The notes under the pieces: generated by a model
What the model was told of the DNA's origin: nothing
The model's input: only the letters and a program-made list of their open reading frames with translations
Database searches by the model: none
Position numbers and translations under genes: made by a program
Shown here: positions 51,643 through 62,758 of the stretch, in pieces
How positions within the stretch are numbered: position 1 is the stretch's first letter
Layout of the letters: each line of letters begins with the position of its first letter
Origin: Gemmatimonadales bacterium
GTDB lineage: Bacteria > Gemmatimonadota > Gemmatimonadetes > Gemmatimonadales > GWC2-71-9
Length of the DNA stretch: 64,000 nt
Direction of reading: 5' to 3'
Assembly: GCA_965249575.1 (NCBI GenBank)
Contig: OZ252244.1
Location: 64,001-128,000 of the forward strand

Positions 51643-52093
51643 TCAGCCCTGCTGCGCCATGAACTCCTCGAACCGCTGCATCAATTCGTCGGGGGGTACC
51701 TCTTCCTTGTGCGTCGAGATAACCCAGACGTGGCCAAACGGATCCTGGATCCTGCCGGATCGATCGCCGTAGAACTGATCCCCGATAGGGATGAGCGACT
51801 TGGCGCCGGCGTCAACCGCACGCCGTACGACGTCGTCCACGTACAGGTGAAAGTTCACGGGCGATCCACCGATGGACAGTGGACCCTGGTTGCCCCACTC
51901 CGGAAACTCGTCGCCGACCATCACGCGCGAATCGCCGATCTCGATTTCGGCGTGAGCAACTTTACCACCCCGCCCGGGTAGGCGCATCACCTCACGCGCG
52001 CCGAACACGGTCTTGTAGAACTCGATCCGCCCCGATGACCGTCAGTGCGGGCGTCACCGCGTGGAAGCCTTCCGGAATTGGATTCACGGCCAT
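51643..52093 (-). pseudogene. VOC/PhnB-like protein, frameshift near 52027
   Basis: MAVNPIPEGFHAVTP / IEFYKTVFGA..HAEIEIGDS..DQFYGDR..DPFGH. Confidence 0.8.
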
Positions 52094-52129
52094 GGTCGTA
52101 TCCTCGCTCGATGTTTGGGCCGGGACGAC

Positions 52130-52690
52130 TCAGTCCGGCCAGAGCCAGCCGAACGTTCCGGCCGTGAGCAAGCCGTATACTAGTCCGTCGAACGTCGACT
52201 TGAGCGTCGTACTCCACCTGCGCTTGTACCAGATCGAGTTCTGCGAGAGGGCGAGCGCGTAGCCCACGAACGCCACGCAGCCGGCAAACTGGAACACCGA
52301 CAAATACCGTGCACCGGGTTCCAGGGCACGACCAGTGATGTAAGCGGCGAAGACGCCAACCACGACTGAGTAGATAAACCACTGCACCAAGCTCTTTCCC
52401 ATCGCCGGCGGACCACTCGGCATCACCGTCATGAAGACTACCGGCCCCTTGTTCATTTTCTCGGTGAATTCCGGTGTCTTCATGTTGCTCGCACTCCCGG
52501 CGTGTGGAATGACGTACTCGCCAGGCGGGATGCTGAACTTGCGCAACGAATCCATCACCTCGTCTTCACCCGGCACCTTCCCGAAATCCGATTGATGGTA
52601 TGACAAAACCATGTGGATGATCGAGCTCACCACGAACACGATCACCGCCGACAGCAGAATTGGTACCCAAAGCGACATCACCGGAACCAT
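52130..52690 (-). CDS. Hypothetical membrane protein
   Basis: LWVPILLSAVIVFVVSSIIHM; GAGGAGG RBS. Confidence 0.75.
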   Translation of the reverse strand: MVPVMSLWVPILLSAVIVFVVSSIIHMVLSYHQSDFGKVPGEDEVMDSLRKFSIPPGEYVIPHAGSASNMKTPEFTEKMNKGPVVFMTVMPSGPPAMGKSLVQWFIYSVVVGVFAAYITGRALEPGARYLSVFQFAGCVAFVGYALALSQNSIWYKRRWSTTLKSTFDGLVYGLLTAGTFGWLWPD

Positions 52691-52718
52691 TGGGACCTCC
52701 TCGAGTCGAGACGCAGCA

Positions 52719-53312
52719 TCATGGTGCCTGGCCATTCAGCGTTGCGACGGTAAAGACCACGTGGAAGGGCTTACAGTAGATCACGACGCTCCGCTGCACG
52801 TCGATCTTTACGCTGGCCGGCAGGGGATAGTTCTGATCGCCAACGTTTCCCTTGAGACGCCCGATCTCGATGAACCCAGTAGCCTGCAGGTCGTCGCGGG
52901 ATGCGGGAGCTGCGTGACTGGATAGCAGTACACGCAGGTCGGGTCCGTTGGTTACCTGGAAATCCTCCAGGCGAAGCAGATGTCCGCCGCCGTCGAGGCG
53001 GTAGATCGTTGCCCGACCGCTGCCGAGGTGAAAGGAGTCCGCGTCGCGGAACTGGCCGCGCTTGACCGGCTGCGGCGCCGCAGCCGTCGGCATCGCTTCC
53101 TCTACCGGTTGCTGTACCTTTGCCATGGCCGACAGAACCTGCTCTACCTCAGGGAGCGTCAGATTCGAGGGCACGGTTGCGCCGGCGGCCCGCGGGAACT
53201 CCTCGTCGACCGCGCGATCGAGGAACAGGGGCAACCCAAGCCACCAGGCGAGGGCTACGACCGGCACCCCAACCACGATTAGGAGTAACCACCACAACTT
53301 TCTGGCGCTCAT
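52719..53312 (-). CDS. DM13 domain protein
   Basis: GSGRA, LRLEDF.VTNGPDLRV, LKGNVGDQNY, VIYCKPF. Confidence 0.85.
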   Translation of the reverse strand: MSARKLWWLLLIVVGVPVVALAWWLGLPLFLDRAVDEEFPRAAGATVPSNLTLPEVEQVLSAMAKVQQPVEEAMPTAAAPQPVKRGQFRDADSFHLGSGRATIYRLDGGGHLLRLEDFQVTNGPDLRVLLSSHAAPASRDDLQATGFIEIGRLKGNVGDQNYPLPASVKIDVQRSVVIYCKPFHVVFTVATLNGQAP

Positions 53313-53656
53313 CAGCGACCTCGAGGAGGTAAGGCGCTATTGGCGGTCAAATATTATCCCTCGGGGTGAGGCATGCGCCAGGCGAGTGCCCGTGGGCCTG
53401 GTTTTGTCTCGCAACGATGCCCAGATTCCGAGCACGGGCCGATGACGATTTGCGCGAGCCACAGACCGGCCCACAGGTTCCGGAGCCCACTGAACGCGAA
53501 GGGGCTCTCACTCATCGACCCGTTGATGCACCGCGTATACCGGAGTGGAAAGAGCCCCTCCTTGCATCGCTACGCAACGCCCACATCGGTCGACGTGCTG
53601 TCCCCCTCGTTCTCTACGCAACCACGGGCCTTGCTCCCGATCATGTCCTGGTAGCG

Positions 53657-54275
53657 GTGTTTCGAGCCGCCCTTCCCGTCGTCCTCTTCAGCGTCCTGAC
53701 GTTGCAAGGCGCATCCCCGGTGCGCGCACAGCGTCCGGAGCGACCGGGCGAGGCCGTCGTAATCCACGGAACCGTCCGCGATTCCCTCACCCGTGGGCCC
53801 GTACCATTCGCCATCCTCAGAATCACCGAGACCGATTCCTCTACCATCGCGGATCAACAGGGTCGTTTTCGTCTCCAGCTCGAACCCGGCGTCTGGCAGC
53901 TCGAAGTGCGCCGGATCGGCTACCGCATGGCTTCTGCAACCCTCCGCGCTCGCACGTCTGCGACACCGCTGGATGTCTTCATGCACCCAATACCGGTGGA
54001 CCTCGAAGCCATCACCGTGAGGTCGAAGGACGATTTCGCCTCTCGCGTTGTTCGGGCAGCCATCGAGCGGAAGAACGACGTTTTGTCGAGGATTCAGAAC
54101 TATCGTTACGACGCATACGTCAAATTCATCGTCCGCGACATGGAAAAGGATGAAGATTCTACTGACGCCGTCGTCCTGATCACGGAAACGCAGACCACCG
54201 CGTACTGGGAGCAGCCGAACCGCTATCAGGAGGTCATCACGGCGCGCCGGCAGTCGAGCAACCTGAACGCCGAGC
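53657..54275 (+). pseudogene. Carboxypeptidase-regulatory-like domain / DUF5686-type outer membrane protein, N-terminal fragment
   Basis: IHGTVRDS, ADQQGRF, RRIGY, YRYDAYVK; breaks off after QSSNLNAE. Confidence 0.65.
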
Positions 54276-54723
54276 GCGCGCGGACCCTTCGGGCACTGGA
54301 GACGATCGAGCGCTCGGCTACAATTGGATCTTTCTCGACTACTGGCTGCCAGACATCGCTGTCGTCACACATATGTCGGAGCAGGGCGTCGGAACCTCGT
54401 ACGCCGAGGTGGCCCTACTGGAATCCGCGCCAGGAGCGTGGGAAGGGACGTTGAGCATTCCAGGACTGAGCGTGACCGGGATGTGTCGCCTACAGGGATC
54501 CGAGCAGAAGCTGACCTACCCCCTGCCGATATACCAGACTATGTGGTCACGGGGCCGCGGTTCCAAGACATTTACAGTTGTCACGTTCCACGGCCACCAC
54601 GAGCAGGAGTGTGCAGGGGGCTGGACCATCGCCGGCCAGGGGGCACTGGCAGATGCGGTTTCCTATGGTCACCTAACACAGTTCGGCTTCAGCCTAGAGG
54701 GAGCCCTGTACGACCGGCGCTAG
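54276..54723 (+). pseudogene. C-terminal fragment of an unrelated hypothetical protein
   Basis: Open frame extends from about 54276 through ORF 54373..54723. Confidence 0.35.
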
Positions 54724-54914
54724 GAACGGGGGGTGTTCGTCCTCGCGGGGGTCCGCAACGAGTCCCCACTCCCCCCTGTTGCAGCCCTCTGAGCCGATCA
54801 CCCTGCTCATCGCCATTGCAGCTGCGGGGTACGCTCTGGGCATGGAGGAGTGACGTGGAGCCTGGGTGGGCGTGCGGCAGGTAGAAGCACTACCAGATTC
54901 AGGCAGCGCGGCCA

Positions 54915-55919
54915 CTAGCCGCGGCTCCTCGGCACCAGTGGGCTGAACTCGATCCCTCTTACGCCATGCGGACGGTCCGGTCCCTCAAGAATCGCACACT
55001 CCTCGTCCGTCAGCTTCAATTCGACCGAATTGATGGCGGCATCAAGATGCTCGATTTTCGTCGCTCCGACAATCGGCGCCACGAGTCCCGGGCGGGAAAG
55101 CAGCCATGCCAGCGCGACCTGGGCCGGTGACACCCCCCGAGACTGGGCGACCTCGCTGGTCACCGCCACCACATCCGCATCGCCCGGCGTATCGTAGAGC
55201 TGTGCGGTAAAGTTGTCGCCGGCGCTCCGGGGCGTTCGGGGCGCATCCACACGGCCGCGTGCCAGCAATCCACGTGCAAGCGGAGACCAGGGGATGATGC
55301 CGACACCTTCTGCCTGGCATAGAGGGATCATCTCTCGCTCCTCCTCGCGATACACGAGGTTGTAGTGATTCTGCATCGATGCGAAACGGGCCCAGCCATT
55401 GCGGTCTGACGCTCCGAGCGCTTGGGCCAGTTGCCAGGCGTATCCCGAGCTCGCTCCGATGTAGCGGATCTTGCCTTGTTGCACCAAGTGGTCCAATGCG
55501 GACAGCGTTTCCTCGATCGGTGTGCGCTTGTCAAATCGATGGATCTGGTACAGGTCGATGGTATCGACCCCCAGGCGCCGGAGACTAGCCTCACATGCCT
55601 GCACGACGTGCTTGCGCGACAGCCCACCCATGTTCGGGCCAGCCGTCATTGGGAAATGGGCTTTCGTCGCGATGGCGATCTCCTCGAGGTTGGCAAACTC
55701 TCGCAACGCCCGACCGGTCACCTCTTCGCTCGCGCCGAGGGAATACATGTCCGCAGTGTCGAAGAAGTTAATGCCCCCTTCGATGGCCTTTCGGAAGAAC
55801 GGACGGGCATCGTCCTCATCCAGAACCCAGGGCCTCCACTTGGAACTGCCATACGTCATACAGCCAAGGCAGATCCGTGATACTGAGAGTCCGGTCCGGC
55901 CGAGGGTCGTGTATTCCAT
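54915..55919 (-). CDS. Aldo/keto reductase
   Basis: LGRTGLSVSRICLG, FDTADMY, IDLYQIH, PWSPLARG. Confidence 0.92.
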   Translation of the reverse strand: MEYTTLGRTGLSVSRICLGCMTYGSSKWRPWVLDEDDARPFFRKAIEGGINFFDTADMYSLGASEEVTGRALREFANLEEIAIATKAHFPMTAGPNMGGLSRKHVVQACEASLRRLGVDTIDLYQIHRFDKRTPIEETLSALDHLVQQGKIRYIGASSGYAWQLAQALGASDRNGWARFASMQNHYNLVYREEEREMIPLCQAEGVGIIPWSPLARGLLARGRVDAPRTPRSAGDNFTAQLYDTPGDADVVAVTSEVAQSRGVSPAQVALAWLLSRPGLVAPIVGATKIEHLDAAINSVELKLTDEECAILEGPDRPHGVRGIEFSPLVPRSRG

Positions 55920-56187
55920 GATTCGCTCCGTGGATCGATCCGGTGGGATGCGGTTCGGACGCATCGAGGTCCCTATTTGAAATCCGATCCTCAAATGGTC
56001 CGGCGTGAATATAGTTTCCTCGGACGCCGTTGGCAGGCAAAGGCGGGCGTTAGCATATTTCGCGGGTGACGGCTCCACTCGCGATCGCTCCCATCCGTAA
56101 CTCCGTGTACGGGGACCCATTGTTCGCGGCGGCTAGTGAAGTAGGCGACCCCGGGGCGCCGGCCCGGCCTCCACGGGAGAGCAACCC

Positions 56188-56805
56188 GTGAACCGGGACC
56201 TGGCCGATCGACTGCTCGCACTGAAAGCACGCGACGCCGAAGTACGGAAGGATCTCCTTGACCGGGGTCTCCTCTTCGAGGGCTACGCTCCCGAGATGGA
56301 AGAAGTCCACGTGCAGAACGCCGGGATCCTCGAGGACGTGATCGACCAACATGGATGGCCTGGCATTGGTTTTGTCGGCTCAGACGCTGCCGACGCCGCC
56401 TGGCTGGTCGCCCAACACGCGATTTCACTCCCCCGATTTCAGCGTCGTTGCCTTCGGCTGCTTCGCGATGCGGTCACCCGTGGGGACGCACCGGCGCGCC
56501 AGGAGGCGTTCTTGACGGACCGCATTCGCTTCAACGAGCGCAGACACCAAGTTTACAGCACGATTTTCGACTGGGACGAGGACGGAGTTCTGAGCCCCTG
56601 GACGATCGAAGCACCAGACGGCGTTGACGAACGCAGAACACGGGTGAATCTCCCCCCGTTGGTCGATACGATCCGCGAGCACCGTCAGCGGGCGGCGGGC
56701 GAGACACCGCTAACACCCCAGGGTTACGACGCGCGCCAGCGCGAGATTTTAGCTTGGTGCGAACGAGTTGGTTGGTTGGAGGAGCGAGAGGAGGACTCAG
56801 AGTGA
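56188..56805 (+). CDS. DUF6624-like protein
   Basis: HGWPG...VG..AA.AAWLVAQH, AFLTDR, VDERR. Confidence 0.75.
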   Translation: MNRDLADRLLALKARDAEVRKDLLDRGLLFEGYAPEMEEVHVQNAGILEDVIDQHGWPGIGFVGSDAADAAWLVAQHAISLPRFQRRCLRLLRDAVTRGDAPARQEAFLTDRIRFNERRHQVYSTIFDWDEDGVLSPWTIEAPDGVDERRTRVNLPPLVDTIREHRQRAAGETPLTPQGYDARQREILAWCERVGWLEEREEDSE

Positions 56806-56958
56806 TACGACTCGGACCTGACTTCGGTCGGAGGCGAGAAGTGAGCCACTGGTCATAGGAGGCGACGCCCATCGTCAATTGCGGCGTGCGTCGACGGCCT
56901 CGTCAGTTGTCGGTTTGGTACGAGGCATGCTTCCACAATCTTCGGGAGGGGCACCGCA

Positions 56959-57321
56959 ATGGCCAAGCTGATAGAAATCCGTGTCCTCGAAGGCATTGCG
57001 GTATCAATGTTCGCCTTCGCATACGCCATTGGCGTGCGCCGGAAGGTGCATCTCATCGCCGGGTACAACGAGAAGTCCGCGGAACACGTACGTGACAAGC
57101 CGGCCCTCGCGCGCCTGGTCGCGAGGCTCTGCGTGCTCGTCGGTGCCGCGTCGGCTATCATGCCCGTGGCCACCTACATTTGGCCGAGTCCGCAGCCCGC
57201 GTTCGACGGCGTGACCGGGGCCTACGTCGGTTTGATCGTCGGGGCGGCCATCATGACCATACTCGAGGCTCGCGAGTTCACATCCCGAGATCGCCAGCCC
57301 CCGGGGACGGCTGCCACCTAG
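56959..57321 (+). CDS. DUF3784-like membrane protein
   Basis: LIAGYN motif, three TMs; GGAGG RBS. Confidence 0.7.
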   Translation: MAKLIEIRVLEGIAVSMFAFAYAIGVRRKVHLIAGYNEKSAEHVRDKPALARLVARLCVLVGAASAIMPVATYIWPSPQPAFDGVTGAYVGLIVGAAIMTILEAREFTSRDRQPPGTAAT

Positions 57322-57357
57322 CGTGCTGATCGGCAAGCGGATTCGCGAGGCCGCGCC

Positions 57358-58461
57358 GTGACATCGCTACAGACAATGGCACTCGTCCAGGGCGCTGCGC
57401 GAGACGTATCTGTGGTTCAGGCCTTGCTGCTCGGCCTCAGCGTTCTCATCACGTTCGTCGCGAGTGTCTTCACGGCTGGATACGTCGCGCAGAGAATCGC
57501 GGTCGAGGACGCGACGTACGCCCGAGCGCTGTGGGCCACCGTCTTCAAAAACTTGGGTTTCCTCGTCGTGGGTGGGGTCTTCACCCAGTACGTACCGATC
57601 CCCTTCCCCACCACCGCGCTCCTGGTCGCGGGTGTGATTCCGGTGCTGATCATCCGACAGGTCTTCTTGTCAACGTTCGGTCAGGCGACCCGAATATGGA
57701 TCGCGTCGCTCGGCGTCGAGATCGGCGTGGCACTCATCCTCACGCTTGTCTCTCTGTCGTTGGGGGACTGGCTCGAGACCCGGTATCTGACCAGTCTGGC
57801 CCACGCAGCTTCCCCCGCCCAGGAGACCGCGGGCCGACTGGGGGACCCAACTTCGGCACAGGCAGCACGGTCGAGCTTGTGGTGGCTCTGGGTGCCCAGT
57901 GTGATCGCACTCCTCACAGCTTACTTCTGGTGGCGCGGGGGGCAGCCAGTCTTCCATCGACACGTCACGTCCAACGGCTTGCGCCGGTTCCTCGAAGACT
58001 TCGTGGCCCAACTGGGCCTCGGTAGCGTGCTCGTGATCGAACACGAGCAAGGACCGGCAACCTTCCAATTCACCGTTAGCGACCGCACGGATCGACTGCG
58101 CGGACTGATGTTCACCTTCCCGGAGCGGGGTTGGTCACAGTCCTACTTCGACGAGGTCGGGGAGATCGCGAAACGGATCGGTGCCGACATCCGTATCGTA
58201 CCGAGTGACGGGCAGGAAGTCGGGCGATACCTCCAGGCAACGATTCTCGGCGAGCCAACGACCCTCGTCGGAGACGCTCATACGCTCTTGTCGCGGGTGA
58301 GTGAGCTCATCGCTCTCGGCCCAGACGCACACTACACCGTGCACGCACGAGGAAGTTTCAACCGTGAGTACAGTCGGGAAATTGCGGAGCAACTCGTACC
58401 ACTCGCTGGGGAGCGACGAAGAGCACGGCTGATCCGCCGAGCTACGCGCCAGGACGTCTAA
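57358..58461 (+). CDS. Hypothetical membrane protein
   Basis: About 5 TMs followed by a soluble domain. Confidence 0.6.
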   Translation: MTSLQTMALVQGAARDVSVVQALLLGLSVLITFVASVFTAGYVAQRIAVEDATYARALWATVFKNLGFLVVGGVFTQYVPIPFPTTALLVAGVIPVLIIRQVFLSTFGQATRIWIASLGVEIGVALILTLVSLSLGDWLETRYLTSLAHAASPAQETAGRLGDPTSAQAARSSLWWLWVPSVIALLTAYFWWRGGQPVFHRHVTSNGLRRFLEDFVAQLGLGSVLVIEHEQGPATFQFTVSDRTDRLRGLMFTFPERGWSQSYFDEVGEIAKRIGADIRIVPSDGQEVGRYLQATILGEPTTLVGDAHTLLSRVSELIALGPDAHYTVHARGSFNREYSREIAEQLVPLAGERRRARLIRRATRQDV

Positions 58462-58478
58462 TCACGCGCCGACATCGC

Positions 58479-59532
58479 TCATCGGTGGCGCCGCTCATGT
58501 TCCAAAAGGAATTGCTTCCGCCACAGCCCACCACCGTAACCCCTGAGCTTCCCGTCGCTGCCGATGACTCGGTGGCATGGGACCAGAATGGCCAGACGGT
58601 TGTCTCCATTCGCCCGGGCGACAGCCCGACGAGCGCTTGGACGCTCAATGTCATTCGCCAACGAGTCGTACGTAGCAGTACTTCCATACGGGAGATCTCG
58701 GAGCCTCGTCCAGACCCCGGTCTGGAAAGAGCTACCTCGCAGCACCAGGGGCTTGGTGAAGACCTTGAGTTCCCCCGCGAAATACCGCTCGAGCTCTACG
58801 GCCAGTTGCCGAGTGTGTGCGTTGGACCCCGGAGCGATCCCGCAGTCGAGCAGCCGTCGGAGGCGAGACACCTGGGTCTCGAGCATCGGGCGGTCGGCGA
58901 ATTCGAGCAGGCATACTCCATCTTCCGTGGCCCCGGCAACCATGGGACCGAGCGGCGTGAGGATTCGGGTCACGGACACCAGGGTCGCGCCGCGGGTCCG
59001 TCCCGGCGTCCCCCCAAAAAATCGCTCAAACGCCTCTCGGAATCCGCTGAGCGATTCGTAGCCGTGATCGTAGGCCGCCGCAGTGAGATCGCCGCCCTCC
59101 TTGATCTTGCCCAACGCGAGACCCAGGCGCCGTGCGCGTTGGTACGCAAGAAACGTCATTCCATGATTCGCCAAGAACCACCGTCGAACCCGATTGGGGG
59201 CTAAACCGAGCGAACGAAGATCGGCCTCCCTCCACCTGCGTAACGGATCCCTCCCCACCTGCTCGATGAGCGGCTCGAGCCAGGACGGTGCGGTGCCGTT
59301 TGGCTCCATCGGCCGACAGCGCTTACAGGGCCGATACCCCGCTAGGAGGGCGTTCCTGACCGTCGGATAGAACTCGACATTTTGACGCCTTGGCTTCTTC
59401 GCCGGACAGGTTGGCCGGCAGAAGATCCCGGTCGTTCGGACCGCCGTGAAGAACACGCCGTCGTACGCGGCGTCCCGATCGCGGCACGCGCTGATACATC
59501 TCGGCCTGCGGCGGAAGCGTAGTTGTTGCCAT
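58479..59532 (-). pseudogene. ada: Bifunctional Ada regulator / O6-methylguanine-DNA methyltransferase, frameshift near 59490
   Basis: TTGIFCRPTC, RPCKRC, AraC-type HTH, VPCHRV; start MATTTLPPQAEMY is out of frame. Confidence 0.85.
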
Positions 59533-59703
59533 GAGGCCAAATCTACGGCAATCCTGCGGTCGCTCTACCGATTCTCCACCACCGAATTCGCGTCGCGCCT
59601 CGGATCTCCGGAGACCGCCAGCTCCCGCACGTCTCCTACCGGTACATCCCCCTATCAGCACGCCCGTCATTTCAGCAAGTTTGTGGTGATGATAACTGCG
59701 CGT

Positions 59704-59859
59704 GTGAGTACTCGAGTCCGAAACACCCTTGCACTGCTGGGCCTCTCGACGGCCCTCACCCTGGCTGCCTGCCGACAGACCCCCGGTGAGCCCACGAGCG
59801 TTCGGGTGGCCAATGGCGGCCAGGTCGACTTCGAGAGTGTGACGGTGGAGTTCCCGTGA
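59704..59859 (+). pseudogene. Lipoprotein N-terminal fragment
   Basis: Lipobox LAAC; ends at the junction with the mscS 3' end. Confidence 0.5.
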
Positions 59860-60694
59860 TTAGCTCCATTTTTGCGAGGTCATCATATCGTATGCCGATG
59901 GTCTCGTAGATCCTACGATTGAGCATCTGCTGGGGGTTCTCGATCGCGATGCTCGTAAATACCGCATTCGGCACGTACAGCGGTCGCTTATCGAACGTGC
60001 GAATCTGCGTGAGGCGCCACCCGATTTTCTCGACGGTCCCTTCGATGTTTCGATCCGGCGATCGCACCCAGTCGCCCACTTTGAACGGCCGATCCAGATA
60101 GATCGTCAGACCGCCAAAGAAGTTGGCGAGCAGGTCCCGGGCTGCGAACCCAATCGCGATTCCCCCGATCCCCCCGAACGCCAAGATCGCCGAGATCTCG
60201 AGGCCGAGGGACTGCAGCGCGATGAGCAATGCAGTGATGACCGCCGCCGCTCGGACGAGCTTTCCAAGCGCGTCGACGGTGCCCGCGTCCCATCGATTCT
60301 CCCCACCGGACTCCACGAGCACTCGCTCCGCCTGCGACGTGAGCCGCAGGGCGAACCACGTGATGTCAGCGATGACGGCCACGGTCACGGCGGGCGCTAT
60401 GCCCGTAAAGATGCCAGCTCCAGACTGGGCGGCGATGACTGATGCCGCATAGGCGATCCCAACAATCCAAATGAGGAGACTGATCGGGACCGCCGCCGCC
60501 GCCAGGATCGCATCATCCCAGCGATTCTCCGTCTTGCTCACCCACCGGTCGTGAAGTCGACCCAGTAGCCGCTTCTGCATGAAATCGATCACCAAGGTCA
60601 CAAGCACGATGACGAACACTTGGATCATCAAGCCCCAGTCGATTCCCTGAAGTAGCTGGCTCAGCCTATCGGTCAATGCATCCATGCGAACCAC
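59857..60694 (-). pseudogene. mscS: MscS mechanosensitive channel (YnaI-like), C-terminus truncated
   Basis: GIGGIAIGFAARD..ANFFGG, DRPFKVGDW, YVPN; homology ends at IRYDDLAKMELIT. Confidence 0.8.
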
Positions 60695-60879
60695 AACCTC
60701 CGTTTCCGATCTTATGGCAGTCGTCCAAACGGGATGCGCCGCCCCCGCACAACGTCACCCGGCGATCCGTCGGCGCGCCTACCGCATCAGGTGACCGGCG
60801 GTAAGTTTCGTCACGGGGGCTTGGGAGGGCAATCCGATGGGATGCCCCCGCGGGAAGCGCTGACGGTCGACTTGGGGGA

Positions 60880-61296
60880 CTGGCAACGAAGGTCGACACC
60901 ACATACACCCGAATCTACGCCGTGGTGTCTCGGATTCCTCGGGGCCGAGTCGCCACCTACGGTCAGGTGGCCGCCCGCGCGGGGATGCCGGGTCATGCCC
61001 GTCAGGTGGGCTACGCGCTTCATGCGCTCCCCGACGGGAGCACACTCCCGTGGCACCGGGTCATCAACGCTCAAGGTGAGGTTTCCGCCCGAGCGCGGGC
61101 TGGATGCGACGAGTTACAGCGCATCCGCCTGGAATCGGAGGGGATCGAGTTCGATCGGAGCGGGCGCTTGAGGCTGGATCGATTCCGATGGCGGCCCCGT
61201 GACCGAGACCCTGCCACGCGAGGGGCGAAATCGGAACCGACTCCGACGGTCACCAGTGTCACTTTTGGGCGCGCTCGGGCAAAAGGAAACAGGTAA
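60880..61296 (+). CDS. Alkyltransferase-like (ATL, MGMT family) protein
   Basis: [23 protein letters not shown] (Trp in place of Cys); start uncertain. Confidence 0.85.
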   Translation: MATKVDTTYTRIYAVVSRIPRGRVATYGQVAARAGMPGHARQVGYALHALPDGSTLPWHRVINAQGEVSARARAGCDELQRIRLESEGIEFDRSGRLRLDRFRWRPRDRDPATRGAKSEPTPTVTSVTFGRARAKGNR

Positions 61297-61300
61297 GGAC

Positions 61301-61780
61301 ATGGAAAAGGCTACGTTTGGAGCCGGGTGTTTCTGGGGCGTCGAGGCAACTTTTCGCCGGGTGAAGGGGGTCCTCGCAACGGCGGTCGGATACACGGGAG
61401 GGACGCTCGAAAACCCGACGTACGAGGATGTGTGCACCGGCCGAACCGGACATGCGGAGGTCATCGAGATCGAATACGATCCCACAACGGTCCGGTACGA
61501 GGATCTACTGAGCATCTTTTGGGAAAGTCACGCCCCGACAACGCTCAATCGTCAGGGGCCCGACGTTGGAGCTCAGTACCGCTCGGCGGTGTTCTTCCAC
61601 ACTGCGGAGCAGGAGGCCGCAGCACACGCGGTCAAGGACCGGCTCGCTCAGACTGCGCGGTACTCCGGACCGATTGTGACGGAAATCGTCCCGGCCACGT
61701 CGTTCTACCGGGCTGAGGAGTACCATCAGCGCTACTTGGAAAAGCGGGGTCTTGCTCGCTGCACGATTCCCGGAGGCTAA
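61301..61780 (+). CDS. msrA: Peptide-methionine (S)-S-oxide reductase
   Basis: GCFWG, TGHAE, QYRS, AEEYHQ. Confidence 0.95.
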   Translation: MEKATFGAGCFWGVEATFRRVKGVLATAVGYTGGTLENPTYEDVCTGRTGHAEVIEIEYDPTTVRYEDLLSIFWESHAPTTLNRQGPDVGAQYRSAVFFHTAEQEAAAHAVKDRLAQTARYSGPIVTEIVPATSFYRAEEYHQRYLEKRGLARCTIPGG

Positions 61781-62067
61781 GAGGGACCCCTGGCCAGCCC
61801 GGATTCCGCTCCGGTGCGCTCCGTCCGCGTCGACGGAGCCCAGCGCTCGACCACATGCCGCATGATCCAAACCCATGCGAGCGATCCCACCACGGCCCCG
61901 CACAGCGCGCCCGCTGCTAGCAGCACGACCCCGTTGATCGGGGATTCCCAGGTCGATCCGACCTTCGCGCCAACCCACCCCCCCAAAAACGAAACTGCCC
62001 ACGCCACGGCGGGCGTGAGCAGCCAGGCGGCTCTTCGGAGCAGCCGGCCCAGAGCTGCCAAGGTCAC
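61777..62067 (-). CDS. Small membrane protein
   Basis: GTGA overlap with the upstream gene; two TMs. Confidence 0.55.
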   Translation of the reverse strand: MTLAALGRLLRRAAWLLTPAVAWAVSFLGGWVGAKVGSTWESPINGVVLLAAGALCGAVVGSLAWVWIMRHVVERWAPSTRTERTGAESGLARGPS

Positions 62068-62687
62068 TGCAGCCGAAATACCGCCGCCACGAGAACCTGG
62101 AGGACCAAGGCGACCGCGAACGCCAGCCCCATGAATGACGCGTGAAATGGTGCAGCGAAGACGACCTGGAGGAGAACGAATAGGACGACGGCGATGCCGA
62201 TCGTTAGCCCGCCAACGCGCGGGAGCCCAGCCGGAGACGAAGCGGCCCTTCGCGCCAGCAGGAGCGAACCCAGCCATGCCAGCAGGGTCGACGCCATCCA
62301 CCAGACCGGGATGTACCAGAACCCACTGCCACCGCCTATCTGGTCCCATGTCCAGTGATACAACGAGAGAGGCCGCAGGACCGCGGTGTCGATGACAGTG
62401 AACGTTAGCGCACCGAGAAGACCAGACAACGCAGCCCACGCGATCCCGTCGGCGGTCTGGGCGCGGACCCATTGCCCCGGCAGGTAACTGACAAGCACTC
62501 CGCCCGCGAGAATCAGGAGTGACTGCACTACCACTTCGGCGGTCCCCGTCATCACCCGGGAGAGAAGCGCAAAGACAACTACCCCAGCCGTGGTAATCAG
62601 ACCCAGCTTGACCCCACCTCCGACAATGGTGCGCCGGTCGTTTCTCTCGGCAAGCGCGGGCTGAGCGGTTGACGTCATGGGAACCAT
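62064..62687 (-). CDS. Hypothetical membrane protein
   Basis: About 6 TMs, WTWDQIGGGSGFWYIPVWW; GAGGAG RBS. Confidence 0.75.
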   Translation of the reverse strand: MVPMTSTAQPALAERNDRRTIVGGGVKLGLITTAGVVVFALLSRVMTGTAEVVVQSLLILAGGVLVSYLPGQWVRAQTADGIAWAALSGLLGALTFTVIDTAVLRPLSLYHWTWDQIGGGSGFWYIPVWWMASTLLAWLGSLLLARRAASSPAGLPRVGGLTIGIAVVLFVLLQVVFAAPFHASFMGLAFAVALVLQVLVAAVFRLQ

Positions 62688-62758
62688 CTCCTCACAGGAA
62701 CTGTGTGGACCGCCGACAAGTTAGCTCGGGCCGTGATGCCGGTAAAGGGACTTTGTTG

